This document shows, piece after piece, positions 10,102-19,906 of a DNA stretch of 64,000 nucleotides (positions are counted from its first letter, which is position 1; each line of letters starts with the position of its first letter). Where the stretch lies: the NCBI GenBank assembly GCA_963714425.1, contig CAVQOI010000005.1:19218-83217 (forward strand), in the 5' to 3' direction. Origin of the DNA: an uncultured Chloroflexia bacterium (GTDB lineage Bacteria > Chloroflexota > Anaerolineae > Anaerolineales > UBA4823). The position numbers and the translations under genes are program-made. A model generated the notes under the pieces. It searched no databases. It was given only the letters and a program-made list of their open reading frames with translations, and was not told the DNA's origin.

Positions 10102-12889
10102 GCCATTGTTTTGCGGCACCTGGCAGACCGGTGAGTGGGCCCACTTTGGAAGTGCAAGGAGGCAAGGACTCGAGAAATATTCGCCCATAACGCTTGGAGA
10201 GAACCCGTTTGTCCAGGATTGCGACAACCCCACGATCAAACTGGGTGCGGATCAACCGACCAAAACCCTGGCGGAAACGTAAGATCGCCTCGGGCAAGGA
10301 ATACTGGTAGAAAGGGTCATCGAATGTTTCTGAGCGGGCGGCGACGATGGGGTCGGAAGGTACGGCGAAGGGGAGCTTGACGATGACCAGTACAGAAAGC
10401 GCATCCCCAGGCACATCCACACCTTCCCAGAAAGCGCGCGTCCCAAGCAGCACTGCTCGCGGGCTGGTGCGGAAGGTTTCAAGCAAGCTATGTGGGGATG
10501 CACCCTCTCCCTGCTCGTAAACCAATATATCGTGTTTAGCCAGGGCTGGTGCGATCGCCTGCGAGGTGCGACGAAGCTGGTCGTAAGAGGTAAAGAGTAC
10601 TAATGTGCGACCACCGGTGGCTTTACATAAGTTGATCAAGCCACTCTCTACGGCGCGCTGGTGACCATGCCGGTCACCCGGTTCTGGGATATCGTTAGCA
10701 ACGTAAAGCAGTGCGGCGGTCTCGAAGTCAAACGGTGAACCCAGGGCTAGCTCGTCAGCATCTTCAGCATACAGCCGGCTTCGCAGATAAGAAAATTCTC
10801 CCGCCGCAGTAAGTGTGGCAGAGGTCAGGATAACCGAGTCTTTTTCATGCCACAAATATCGCTGCATCAACTGACCGATGTGGAGCGGAGCAGCATTGAG
10901 GGCAAGCTGCGAGGCACTCGAATTGATCTCAGCCCAATAGATACGGTCGGCTTCTGGCTTGAACACTAATCCTTCAAGATTATCGTGTAGGTCGCTGTAG
11001 CGTCGATACAGATTAGATAATGCGCTGAAAAGCTCGTCATCGCCTTCCGGCAAGGAAGGTAATATTTCTGTCAAGCCCTGGAGTATTTTCCCCTGAATTT
11101 CAATTAACGTGCTCAGGAGATGGCTGGCTTCATCCCAGGCGCTCTCGACATCCGCCCAAGAAGCCAGCGTGCGTGTAGCCGGAACAATTCGCTCTTGCTG
11201 GGAATATGAGCCCAGTGCCCTGCCTTCGCGCTGCTCGGCTAAGAACTCTTCAACCGCTTTGTAGAATTGGCGTGTAGCTTGGTCGAATTGGAAAGCCAGA
11301 TCTGCCGCTTGATGCGCCATATTCTCTGCGGTGATAAACTCTTCCGGTCTCAATGCCTCCTGGGCTGCAGCCAGGAACCAGCCAAGTGCACCTGCACGTG
11401 GTCCTCCGAGCTCGCGCAGCATGCGATCGATCTCCCATTGAGTTACCCGGAAGCTGAGGGCGTTGGTGGTAGCATCTTCAAGATGGTGGGCTTCGTCTAC
11501 GATTAAATTCTGGTATTCAGGGAGCACCCTGTTACCCGTAGCGACATCAGATAACAGCAAGGCGTGGTTTACGATGAGCAAGTGCGCTGATTGGGCTGCC
11601 TGGCGTGCCCGGTAGAATGGACAGATGCCTCCAGTGCTTTTTAGACAATTTTCAGCGGTACAGCCATCATCTTCAGCAGAAATGCGGCTCCACATGCTGC
11701 GCTCGATGGGACCATTCAGATTGAGCTCCGCGCGATCTCCACTGCGAGTTGCTTGCAACCAAACAAGGATCTTGGCGAGCACACGGATTTCGTCTGCTGT
11801 TTCTGCGCCTCTGCGTCGCAGTGTTTCAAGCCTGCGAGGGCATAGGTAGTTAGAGCGGCCTTTTAAGATTACCGAGCGCAGGTCGATCCCTAGAGCATTA
11901 CACAAATCGGGGATATCTTTATTGATCAACTGGTCCTGCAAGTTGATGGTATTCGTGGATATCACTACACGATTCTTATTCTGTATTGCCCAGAGTGCGG
12001 CGGGGATTAAGTATGCCATGCTCTTCCCCGTGCCGGTAGAAGCTTCAACCATGAGATGTTTGCTGTAGGATATGGCGTCGGCGACTGCATGCGCCATGCC
12101 AACCTGTTGAGGGCGGTACTCAAAGTTTGGGAAGTGTTGTGAGAATGCCCCACCATATTCTAGAATAGCCGCCGTCTCCTCCGGATCGATTGGGATGGAT
12201 TTCTCCAGGGGTTGGAGGGGCGACGAGGGCTTCACTGGCGTTTCGGTGAAGATTGGTCCCTGGTAAGCGTAGCGAACTTGCTGGGCAGATACAAGTTCCC
12301 GGCTTCGGGCACGCATTGCCTGGCGAAACGCCCAGGCGCCACCCCATTCAATGGGCTCACTAAGCCTGACGATCTCCGCTAGCAGGTGGATGGGAAGCTC
12401 CATAGCTAGCTCGACCAGCCGGAGGAATACGCCGCGGGTTGCATGAGCATCATCATGAGCGCGGTGCGTAGCAGGCAGCAGGACTCCTAATTCCTGAGTC
12501 AGTGATCCGAGATTGTAGCGGCTGGCGCTCGGGAGAAGTACCGCTGCCAGTTCGTAGGTATCTATGGCATCATTCGCCTGCAGGATTTTGTAACGCCGCA
12601 AGAAGGAAAGATCAAAGCCGATATTATGTCCGAGAACAGGAGTGTTTCCAATAAACTCAACCAACTCCGGGAGAGCTGCCTTGATTGGGGGAGCGCCAAG
12701 CACCATTTGGTCTGTGATGCCGGTCAAATTTGTGATTAATGGGGGTATTCGCCTTGCGGGATTGATCAGGGTTGTCCATTCCCCTTCAATTCGACGGTCA
12801 TTAAAACGCACCGCTCCGATTTCGATGATGGCGTCTTTTTGATAATCGAGCCCGGTCGTCTCGATGTCGAGGGCAACAATAGATGTCAT
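10091..12889 (-). CDS. dinG: Bifunctional DnaQ-type 3'-5' exonuclease / DinG-family ATP-dependent helicase
   Basis: 932 aa. The N-terminus has Exo I (ALDIETTGLD) and later H-x4-D (HRAHDDAH). The helicase part has Walker A (EASTGTGKS), DEAHH and four Cys for the Fe-S cluster region. Confidence 0.85.
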   Translation of the reverse strand: MTSIVALDIETTGLDYQKDAIIEIGAVRFNDRRIEGEWTTLINPARRIPPLITNLTGITDQMVLGAPPIKAALPELVEFIGNTPVLGHNIGFDLSFLRRYKILQANDAIDTYELAAVLLPSASRYNLGSLTQELGVLLPATHRAHDDAHATRGVFLRLVELAMELPIHLLAEIVRLSEPIEWGGAWAFRQAMRARSRELVSAQQVRYAYQGPIFTETPVKPSSPLQPLEKSIPIDPEETAAILEYGGAFSQHFPNFEYRPQQVGMAHAVADAISYSKHLMVEASTGTGKSMAYLIPAALWAIQNKNRVVISTNTINLQDQLINKDIPDLCNALGIDLRSVILKGRSNYLCPRRLETLRRRGAETADEIRVLAKILVWLQATRSGDRAELNLNGPIERSMWSRISAEDDGCTAENCLKSTGGICPFYRARQAAQSAHLLIVNHALLLSDVATGNRVLPEYQNLIVDEAHHLEDATTNALSFRVTQWEIDRMLRELGGPRAGALGWFLAAAQEALRPEEFITAENMAHQAADLAFQFDQATRQFYKAVEEFLAEQREGRALGSYSQQERIVPATRTLASWADVESAWDEASHLLSTLIEIQGKILQGLTEILPSLPEGDDELFSALSNLYRRYSDLHDNLEGLVFKPEADRIYWAEINSSASQLALNAAPLHIGQLMQRYLWHEKDSVILTSATLTAAGEFSYLRSRLYAEDADELALGSPFDFETAALLYVANDIPEPGDRHGHQRAVESGLINLCKATGGRTLVLFTSYDQLRRTSQAIAPALAKHDILVYEQGEGASPHSLLETFRTSPRAVLLGTRAFWEGVDVPGDALSVLVIVKLPFAVPSDPIVAARSETFDDPFYQYSLPEAILRFRQGFGRLIRTQFDRGVVAILDKRVLSKRYGRIFLESLPPCTSKVGPLTGLPGAAKQWLNL

Positions 12890-13107
12890 GAGGAAGATTA
12901 TACTCTGCCTGTTCGATACACCTTGAGTTCCTTCAAAGGTCTAATTGTTGATTCCAGTTCTTCTAACCGAGTTGACCCCCATCACTCCGCCGTGATTGCG
13001 CGTGCGTATTGGTAAGCACCCTGAAATCGAGACTGATGGATTGGTAGGTAAGCGCGCCTGGACGTCGAACCGGGGTTTTGGGACTTGAGAGAATCCACAC
13101 TCGGAAC

Positions 13108-13153
13108 AATAGAAGAAATAAACCTGTTTGACATGGTTTTTGTCAAACAGGTT
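13108..13153 (-). terminator. Intrinsic terminator after the CBS gene
   Basis: Perfect 13-bp inverted repeat AACCTGTTTGACA / TGTCAAACAGGTT (13121-13133 and 13141-13153) with a 7-nt loop. On the minus strand it is followed by UAUUUCUUCUAUU. Confidence 0.55.
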
Positions 13154-13179
13154 CTGCTATCCGCAAATCAGAGGGGCGA

Positions 13180-13827
13180 TTATGGATTAGTGACGCGAAT
13201 ATCTACCAATCCTTCGACAACCGGCTCAACGATTGCCTTGACCTGGTCCATATTTATGCCTTCGACTTTGAATGTAACCAGGCGATTGGTGACATTCTCT
13301 CCCTGAAACATACCAAATGCAACGAAGTTCCCACCTGCGTTTGCAATCGCCTGTGAGAGTTTTGCTAGTTGCCCACGCTCCTCGTGGACAAGGACAGAAA
13401 CACGCACACCAGAATAGCGTGCGCCCATGAGCTCCAAGAAAATCTTGAAGAGATCGGTTTCGGTGATGATGCCGACGATCACACCTTTTCGTGTTACCGG
13501 TAAACCACCGATCTTATTATCAGCCATGATTCTTGCAGCTTCTTCGATTGGAGTATCCTCACTCACAGTTTTCACATCACGCGTCATCACATCGCTCACT
13601 TTTATCTTGCTGAGCAAATAGTTTAACTCCCAGACACTGAGCGATGTTGCCGGTGATGCAGAAGCATTCAATAGATCTTTATCCGAAACAATCCCAACCA
13701 GCTTGCCATCCTTGACTACGGGTGTGCGGCGAATACGCTCACGCTTCATCAAATTTTGGGCGTCTATGATCGGCATCTCGGGCTGGATGGAAATTACAGG
13801 GTGGGACATTCGTTCGCCAATTAGCAT
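13180..13827 (-). CDS. CBS-pair domain protein with C-terminal ACT-like domain (AcuB-like)
   Basis: Two CBS motifs (HPVISIQPEMPIIDAQNLM...VVKDGKLVGIVSDKDLL and VMTRDVKTVSEDTPIEEAARIM...VTRKGVIVGIITETDLF). Confidence 0.75.
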   Translation of the reverse strand: MLIGERMSHPVISIQPEMPIIDAQNLMKRERIRRTPVVKDGKLVGIVSDKDLLNASASPATSLSVWELNYLLSKIKVSDVMTRDVKTVSEDTPIEEAARIMADNKIGGLPVTRKGVIVGIITETDLFKIFLELMGARYSGVRVSVLVHEERGQLAKLSQAIANAGGNFVAFGMFQGENVTNRLVTFKVEGINMDQVKAIVEPVVEGLVDIRVTNP

Positions 13828-13844
13828 ATCAAGCTCCTTCGCTA

Positions 13845-14555
13845 TTATAAACCAAGATAGGTCGTGCGGATATGATCGTTCTTAATAAGCTCACGAGCAG
13901 GGCCTTGCAGTTCGACCCTACCTTCGGACAGAACATAGCCATAATCGCTGATAGCCAAGGCCATCTGGACGTTTTGCTCAACAAGAAGGATGGTGATCCC
14001 CAACGCACGCAATGCTTTGATACTCTCGAATAGACTCAGTATCAGAACCGGTGCTAGCCCCAGCGATAATTCGTCGATCATCAGAACAGTGGGCTCAGCC
14101 ATGATGCCACGCGCAACAGCCAGCATTTGTTGCTCACCGCCACTGAGGGTGCCTGCTTTTTGATCCCGGCGTTCTTTCAAGCGGGGAAACATCTCATAAA
14201 CGCGCTCTAAGTTAATTTTGAACTTAGGCTGAGCACGCTTATTTGATCCGCCCATCTCCAGGTTCTCGTAAACGCTCATATCTGTGAACAACTGGCGACC
14301 TTCGGGAACCAGGATCAAACCCAACTCAGCTTTGGTATAAGCGGGTACCCGACTGACATCCCTTCCATCGAAGGAGATTGACCCCTGCCAGGGATTTAAA
14401 AGGCCAATTATTGTTCGTAATAATGTAGTTTTTCCAACGCCATTCCCGCCAACCAGACAGGTTAATTTACCTTTCTCCAACTTCAAGCTGGATCCCCACA
14501 GGATTTGGACTTCTCCATAGCCGGAGGAAACTTCGTTGATTTCTAAGATCGCCAT
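13845..14555 (-). CDS. livF: Branched-chain amino acid ABC transporter ATP-binding protein
   Basis: Walker A (GGNGVGKTT), signature (LSGGEQQML) and Walker B (LMIDELS). It is the last gene of the liv-type operon. Confidence 0.85.
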   Translation of the reverse strand: MAILEINEVSSGYGEVQILWGSSLKLEKGKLTCLVGGNGVGKTTLLRTIIGLLNPWQGSISFDGRDVSRVPAYTKAELGLILVPEGRQLFTDMSVYENLEMGGSNKRAQPKFKINLERVYEMFPRLKERRDQKAGTLSGGEQQMLAVARGIMAEPTVLMIDELSLGLAPVLILSLFESIKALRALGITILLVEQNVQMALAISDYGYVLSEGRVELQGPARELIKNDHIRTTYLGL

Positions 14556-14557
14556 AT

Positions 14558-15313
14558 CTATTCGTCCTCCTGAAGCAGTTTCTCAGCCAGTTTTGGATCG
14601 CCAAGGTAGGCTTCGATAACTTTTTCGTTGGAAGAAATCTCTTCCGGAGTACCTTCTGCGATTTGTTGGCCGTAATCGAGCACCATGATTCGGTCGGAGA
14701 CGTTCATCACAGCTTTCATTACATGCTCGATCATTATGATCGTGATGCCTCGCTCACGGATTTTCTTCACCGTTTCGACCATTCCCCCAATCTCAGAGGA
14801 ATTGAGCCCAGCCAGCACTTCATCGAGCAGTAACAGGTATGGACGAGCTGCTAATGCACGCGCCATTTCCAGCCTCTTCTTCTGACCGACATTCAAACTG
14901 CCTGCCATTTGGTCAACACGATCTTGCAGACCAAGGAAATTCAAAACTTCTTCTGCAATACCAGCTGCATGACGTAGGCTGTGATTTTCGCGTCCAAAGC
15001 AAGCCCCAACGATAACGTTTTCACGAACCGTGAGCTCATTTAACGGTTGCACTATCTGGTGGGTGCGCGCCATCCCCATACGCGCGTGCTGGTATGTTTT
15101 TGCATGGGTCACATCCTTGTCGCGAAAAATCACTCGGCCTTCTTCAGGTGGATAGACCCCATTAATCGCGTTAAACAGCGTGGTTTTACCAGCACCATTT
15201 GGGCCAATCAGACCCAGAATTTGCCCTTCTGGGAGGTCAAGAGTCACATTCGTGAGGGCTTGCAGACCGCCAAAGCGTTTGGTGACCCCTTGTATTGATA
15301 ACAGAATGGTCAT
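14558..15313 (-). CDS. livG: Branched-chain amino acid ABC transporter ATP-binding protein
   Basis: GPNGAGKTT, LNVGQKKRLEMARAL and LLLDEV motifs. I prefer the internal start MTILLSIQG at 15313, because that ATG overlaps the livM stop (ATGA). The track ORF extends to 15355. Confidence 0.8.
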   Translation of the reverse strand: MTILLSIQGVTKRFGGLQALTNVTLDLPEGQILGLIGPNGAGKTTLFNAINGVYPPEEGRVIFRDKDVTHAKTYQHARMGMARTHQIVQPLNELTVRENVIVGACFGRENHSLRHAAGIAEEVLNFLGLQDRVDQMAGSLNVGQKKRLEMARALAARPYLLLLDEVLAGLNSSEIGGMVETVKKIRERGITIIMIEHVMKAVMNVSDRIMVLDYGQQIAEGTPEEISSNEKVIEAYLGDPKLAEKLLQEDE

Positions 15314-16281
15314 GCCAGTACCCTCCTCATAACTGGGAAGCGTCGACGTAACCAACCGATAGCGCCTGCAGGAATGAACAACACGATCAGCAACAGGAGC
15401 ACCCCAGATACGGATAGCTGGATATCTTTGAAGAAATTGCTCGTCAAGAGATATCCGCGCATGCCCTGGTAGGCAAATGCACCAAGGATTGGCCCCAGAA
15501 CAGTGCCCTGCCCCCCCAACATCACCATAACTAACAACTCGATAGAGGCATGCAGGGGGAAAGCAACGTGGGGTTCCACATTACCGTTCTTGAAGAAAAA
15601 CAATACGCCTACCATGCCCGGGATGATGGCTGAAAGCACATACGCCCATGTCTTTGCATCGGGGGCGACAACGCCCATGACCTCGGCGGCGTCTTCGTTC
15701 TCCCGAATTGCCTGCAGACCCAAGCCGAATTTTGACGTGCGAACCAGGTGGCTGAGGATTATGGCTGCGAACGTAAGCACAGCCATAATGTAGAACGAAA
15801 TGCTCAGAGCCAGGGCTGCACCGCCATAGGATTTGTATACCGAGAAGTTGAGGGTCATGCCGATGGGACCACCGAACAGGTCAAAATTGTTAATGAAGGC
15901 TTTCATAGCTTCATTGATGCCGATCGTGGCCAGAGCAAAGTAAGCGCCACGCAAGCGCAAGATCGCTTTCCCGAGTAAAAAAGCCAGCACTCCTGCTGCA
16001 ATTCCGCCAACCACTATCCCGAACCAGATCGACCACCCTTGCTCATTGATGAAATACAAGCCCACATAGCCGCCAAAACCATAAAAAACGATATGGCCAA
16101 AACTCACATAGCCTGTATATCCTAGCAATATATTCAAGCTCGACGCAAGAGCTACCGCCTTTAATATTGTGAAGGCGATTTCACGATTGGAGACATTTGC
16201 CGTAATGACGGGCCATAGAACTAAACCAGCCACAGCCAGCATCGGCACGAGAAGACCAAGATGATTTCGCCAGTTTTTCAT
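15310..16281 (-). CDS. livM: Branched-chain amino acid ABC transporter permease
   Basis: 323-aa polytopic protein in the LivM position and of LivM size. 4-nt overlaps on both sides. Confidence 0.8.
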   Translation of the reverse strand: MKNWRNHLGLLVPMLAVAGLVLWPVITANVSNREIAFTILKAVALASSLNILLGYTGYVSFGHIVFYGFGGYVGLYFINEQGWSIWFGIVVGGIAAGVLAFLLGKAILRLRGAYFALATIGINEAMKAFINNFDLFGGPIGMTLNFSVYKSYGGAALALSISFYIMAVLTFAAIILSHLVRTSKFGLGLQAIRENEDAAEVMGVVAPDAKTWAYVLSAIIPGMVGVLFFFKNGNVEPHVAFPLHASIELLVMVMLGGQGTVLGPILGAFAYQGMRGYLLTSNFFKDIQLSVSGVLLLLIVLFIPAGAIGWLRRRFPVMRRVLA

Positions 16282-17144
16282 TTCTTCGCTCCGAAGAGTC
16301 CATATGGCCGAACCAAAAGGATGACGACAAACAGGCCGAATTCAATCACTGGGACCCAGGAAGTCTCCATAAAAGCTGGGATAATCCCTTCGAGAACTCC
16401 CAGGATCAGGCCACCCAGCAACGCGCCAATCGGGTTGCCCAGACCGCCGAGCACACCAATGACGAAGCTCTTCAATTCGTAACCGCCTCCCGACAGGATG
16501 TTGAAAGGAAAAAAAGTGGCGATCAACGCACCTGAAACAGCGGCGAGCATTGTGCCTAGCCCAAAGCTCAGCGCAAGGATGCGGGTTGAGGGTACTCCCA
16601 TCAATTCTGCTGCAGCTCGGTTGTTGGTAACAGCACGGATAAATTTTCCAGGCCGGGTTCTGTAGAGGAACAAATAAAGCGCGCCGGTGAATAGGATGGC
16701 GATCGCGGCTGCGATCAAACGAGTTCCAAGAATGGTTGTCGACCCCAGCTTGAAGCTGCCCATGTTGAAATCAACATTATAGGGCGAGGTTGTAAGTGCA
16801 GCCGTACCCAGGCCAATGATGATCATATTGACAGAGAAGGTCGCCAGCAGTGATGATAGGTGAGGCGCATCGATGACGCGATGGACAGCCACAAAATAGA
16901 TCGCGACACCTAATAATAGCCCGAGTATCGCGATCAGAAATAACCCAATGTAAGGATTAATTCCCATCTGGATGAAAATGAAGAATGTACCAAACATACC
17001 CAAGGCGATGATGGGTCCGTGCGATAGGTTGATAACATTCATCACTCCCCAAATCAACGTCAGGCCCATGGCAGCCACGCCATAAACAAACCCGAGCAAA
17101 ATGCCATCCGGCAGGGAAGTCAGTAGCAAGCTTAATTGTTGCAT
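16278..17144 (-). CDS. livH: Branched-chain amino acid ABC transporter permease
   Basis: Polytopic. I prefer the start MQQLSLLLTSLPDGILLGFVYG at 17144, which is preceded by a GGGAG RBS. The track ORF extends to 17237. Confidence 0.75.
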   Translation of the reverse strand: MQQLSLLLTSLPDGILLGFVYGVAAMGLTLIWGVMNVINLSHGPIIALGMFGTFFIFIQMGINPYIGLFLIAILGLLLGVAIYFVAVHRVIDAPHLSSLLATFSVNMIIIGLGTAALTTSPYNVDFNMGSFKLGSTTILGTRLIAAAIAILFTGALYLFLYRTRPGKFIRAVTNNRAAAELMGVPSTRILALSFGLGTMLAAVSGALIATFFPFNILSGGGYELKSFVIGVLGGLGNPIGALLGGLILGVLEGIIPAFMETSWVPVIEFGLFVVILLVRPYGLFGAKK

Positions 17145-17275
17145 GTCCACTCCCGTTAATATGAAAGCAATCTTCCGTAAGAAAATCAACAACCAGGGCG
17201 GTAGTTGATTTCTCCAGATCTCAAAAGTGTTCGCCATCCCCCCAGCAAACCTGGGGGGATGGAATTTTCAAAGCG

Positions 17276-18661
17276 TTAAGGTGCTGGAACAGGGTAGAGC
17301 GGGTCAGCAGTTGCGACATCTGCTGGAGCAATGATCACGCGCACCAGTTCACCAGCTTCATTCTTCTGCCATTGGGCAACAACCATTTTGTGAGCTAATT
17401 GCAACCCGTGGGCTTCTTCGGAAGTGTCGAATTGGATGCCACCGTAGAAGGTGAATAGGTTCATGGCGTTCAATGCGGCTTTGACGGCTTCAGGATCAAC
17501 CGAGTCTGCATCGATGATGGCTTTCTGCAAAACAAGTCCCGCAGCATAACCACCGGCGACATGGTAGGTCGGGGGATCGCCAAACGCCGCTTCGTAAGCA
17601 GCGGCGAATTCTTCACCAGTAGGGCCGAACCATTCTATCCCCTGGTTGCCAGCTTCTTCTTCTGTATGGGTAGCGGCAAGTTCCCATTGGCTGGAAGTTG
17701 CAATGCCCAGGGCAGCATCCCCTAGCTCGGGGAATTTCGTATCGGCGGGGGCTACCAGCAGGTATGCGAAATTGAGGCCGATATTCCGGTCGTAGAGGCT
17801 GCGAGCCAGCGCAGTGCCATCATTGTAGTGTCCACCTCCGAGTAGAACGGTCGCGCCGGACCCGGCGATCTTGTTCACGATGGGGCCAAAATCGGCGGTG
17901 TCTGAAGCATATCCTTCTTCGAGCACGATTTCGAAGCCATTGGCTTCCAGATAGGGCTTGATGCCTTCTGCTACGCCCGTAGAGAACTTGTCGCTTTCAT
18001 GAACGAGGGCGATTTTGGCTTCTGGATCCAATTGTTTCAGCATGTCCACTGTGCTTGCCATGTATAGGCTGCCGGGTGTGTACAGCTGGAACAGGCTGGT
18101 ATTACCGGTTTTGTAGGCATCATCATCCGCTGCACCGGCAGTGATCATGACCTTAGCGTTCTGTTCGGCTACAATCGATGCTGCGGATGTCAGGCCAGAC
18201 GAGTATGGGCTGATCAGGAAATCGGCGTTATCTTCGGTAATTAGGCGAGTATACAGCTCTTGTACCCGTTCGGCGTTAGATTCGTCGTCGTATGTCTTGA
18301 AATCGAACTTGACCACAGTGCCATCGCTTAATGTGATCCCGCCAGCTTCATTGAGCTGATTCATCCATAGAGTAAACCCATTTACCTGTCGCTTTGAAGA
18401 TACTTCCTGCGAGCCGGTTAACGACGATGTGAAGCCGATCACAACGGTTTGTTCGACCATCGGCGGTTCAGCGGGCGCTTCGGTTGGAGCAGGCTCTTCC
18501 ATAGCCTCAGTTTCAACGGGCTCCTCCATTGCCTCGGGTTCGGTGGGTGCTGGCGCTTGTGTCGGCTGTTGGGGTTCGGGCGTTGCTTGTGGCGCGCAGG
18601 CAGCCAGCATCAAACTAGCTAGTACCAGGACCGATAGAATGGAAAACAGAGTTCGTTTCAT
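17276..18661 (-). CDS. ABC transporter substrate-binding lipoprotein (LivK/type I periplasmic binding fold)
   Basis: Signal peptide with lipobox (LMLAAC) and an acidic Pro/Glu-rich linker with a repeated EAMEEP unit, followed by a periplasmic binding domain. Confidence 0.75.
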   Translation of the reverse strand: MKRTLFSILSVLVLASLMLAACAPQATPEPQQPTQAPAPTEPEAMEEPVETEAMEEPAPTEAPAEPPMVEQTVVIGFTSSLTGSQEVSSKRQVNGFTLWMNQLNEAGGITLSDGTVVKFDFKTYDDESNAERVQELYTRLITEDNADFLISPYSSGLTSAASIVAEQNAKVMITAGAADDDAYKTGNTSLFQLYTPGSLYMASTVDMLKQLDPEAKIALVHESDKFSTGVAEGIKPYLEANGFEIVLEEGYASDTADFGPIVNKIAGSGATVLLGGGHYNDGTALARSLYDRNIGLNFAYLLVAPADTKFPELGDAALGIATSSQWELAATHTEEEAGNQGIEWFGPTGEEFAAAYEAAFGDPPTYHVAGGYAAGLVLQKAIIDADSVDPEAVKAALNAMNLFTFYGGIQFDTSEEAHGLQLAHKMVVAQWQKNEAGELVRVIIAPADVATADPLYPVPAP

Positions 18662-18782
18662 TTTTCTTCTCCTTTTTAAGTGGCTATCTTTGAAGTTAAC
18701 AAATCATCCAGCATACTCATTGTATATATTGTTTGAAAATATAGACTAAACAGATATAAAGATTTGTAAAAAAGCTGTAAAT

Positions 18783-18825
18783 AAAAGCAAAAACGTGCCA
18801 ATGGGTCTGGTACGTTTTTGCTTTT
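18783..18825 (-). terminator. Intrinsic terminator immediately 3' of tmRNA
   Basis: Perfect 13-bp inverted repeat AAAAGCAAAAACG / CGTTTTTGCTTTT with a 17-nt loop. It starts 1 nt after the tmRNA CCA end, and the minus-strand flank is U-rich. Confidence 0.6.
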
Positions 18826-18826
18826 A

Positions 18827-19224
18827 TGGTGGAGATGGGGGGATTCGAACCCCCGTCCGAAAGATTCGTCCCGCGAATATCTACGAGCGTAGTCGGTTTA
18901 TGGGTGTCGCCGCCAGCGTCCAGACCGACAAAGGAGGCTGGCAGCCAGCCGCTCGGACCCGAAAGCCCTTCTTTCGCACGGTTAGCGGCGTCTGGTGCGG
19001 CACTCTATCTTTGTTTCGCCCGATCCTACCACCGGATAGAGGGCGGGGCAGGCGGACGCGGTCCTACGTTGAGGACCGGCTACTCTTGCGATCGCTTATG
19101 CAGCGAGCGGAAGGGCAGCGTAGTTTGTGCTTTTGGCACTTATGGTTTGCGCTGATTTAACGATCTCGGCGCCTATCGGCTCGCAATCCGGGGCCAGCTT
19201 CTCCCGTCGAAGCCTGTCATCCCC
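18827..19224 (-). ncRNA. ssrA: tmRNA (transfer-messenger RNA)
   Basis: The minus strand reads 5' GGGGATGACAGGCTTCGACGGG ... GGACGGGGGTTCGAATCCCCCCATCTCCACCA 3', a tRNA-Ala-like acceptor and T-arm. The internal tag frame is ...GCC AAA AGC ACA AAC TAC GCT GCC CTT CCG CTC GCT GCA TAA (..AKSTNYAALPLAA*). The exact resume codon is not certain. Confidence 0.9.
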
Positions 19225-19233
19225 GTGCTGAGG

Positions 19234-19239
19234 ATTATA
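19234..19239 (-). promoter_or_regulatory. Candidate -10 box (TATAAT) for ssrA
   Basis: The minus strand reads TATAAT, then 9 nt, then the GGGG 5' end of tmRNA. No convincing -35 box was seen. Confidence 0.35.
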
Positions 19240-19287
19240 ACATAGCCCAAAAATTTCATAATTGTATGTGTTGATGTTATACTCGCT

Positions 19288-19896
19288 GTGAAACTTTTCT
19301 CTCTAGGCAGGGTTATTATGAATGAACCCTGCCACCATAAGGTGAAGTCTGTGGCAGAGCTCAAAGATGAGGCCATACTAAGTCTGGCGTCACAAGGTGA
19401 CGGAGAAGCCTTCGGAGAACTTTACCAGCGCTACGTCAGCCGGATTTATAACTATATCTATTATCGGACAGGGAACGCCAGCGACGCCGAAGACCTAACT
19501 GCCCGTGTCTTCTACCGGGCTATGCGTCATATTGGAACCTACCGTGATCGTGGTTTACCTTTTTCAGCCTGGCTTTACCGGATCGCCCACAACCTGGTGG
19601 CAAACTGGCACCGCGATAATAGCCGTCGCAAGGAAATTCCTCTCGAGGAAGGCGTGCATGGGAATTTAGGCGGGAGCCATCCAGAGAGTGATCTGCTCAA
19701 ATGGGAAGAAAGGGAACGGTTGATGCGAGTGATCCGTACCCTATCCCCTGAAAGGCAACAACTATTGATCTTAAAATTCGTTGAGCATATGTCCAATTCA
19801 GAGATTGGTCTGATTATGGGACGGTCTGAGGGGGCAGTCAAGAGCCTGTATCACCGGACGCTCCTGGCACTTCGAGATGAGTACAGTCATTTATAA
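19288..19896 (+). CDS. RNA polymerase sigma-70 family (ECF-type) sigma factor
   Basis: Region 2 (YQRYVSRIYNYIYYRTGNASDAEDLTARVF) and region 4 HTH (ERQQLLILKFVEHMSNSEIGLIMGRSEGAVKSLYHRTLLALR). The true start may be the ATG at 19318 (MNEPCHH). Confidence 0.8.
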   Translation: MKLFSLGRVIMNEPCHHKVKSVAELKDEAILSLASQGDGEAFGELYQRYVSRIYNYIYYRTGNASDAEDLTARVFYRAMRHIGTYRDRGLPFSAWLYRIAHNLVANWHRDNSRRKEIPLEEGVHGNLGGSHPESDLLKWEERERLMRVIRTLSPERQQLLILKFVEHMSNSEIGLIMGRSEGAVKSLYHRTLLALRDEYSHL

Positions 19897-19906
19897 GGTA
19901 AGTTGA

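Noticed and set aside
18480-18600. Repeated EAMEEP / PAPTE units at the 5' end of the substrate-binding protein gene
   Set aside because: This is a short in-frame acidic Pro-rich linker after the lipobox, typical of lipoprotein tethers. It is not a repeat element or array.
18795-19160. Plus-strand ORFs 18795..19160 (121 aa) and 18826..19155 (109 aa)
   Set aside because: They lie entirely antisense to the tmRNA gene, whose 5' GGGGATGACAGGCTTCGACGGG and 3' GGTTCGAATCCCCCCATCTCCACCA ends are unmistakable. They are artefacts of the GC-rich structured RNA.
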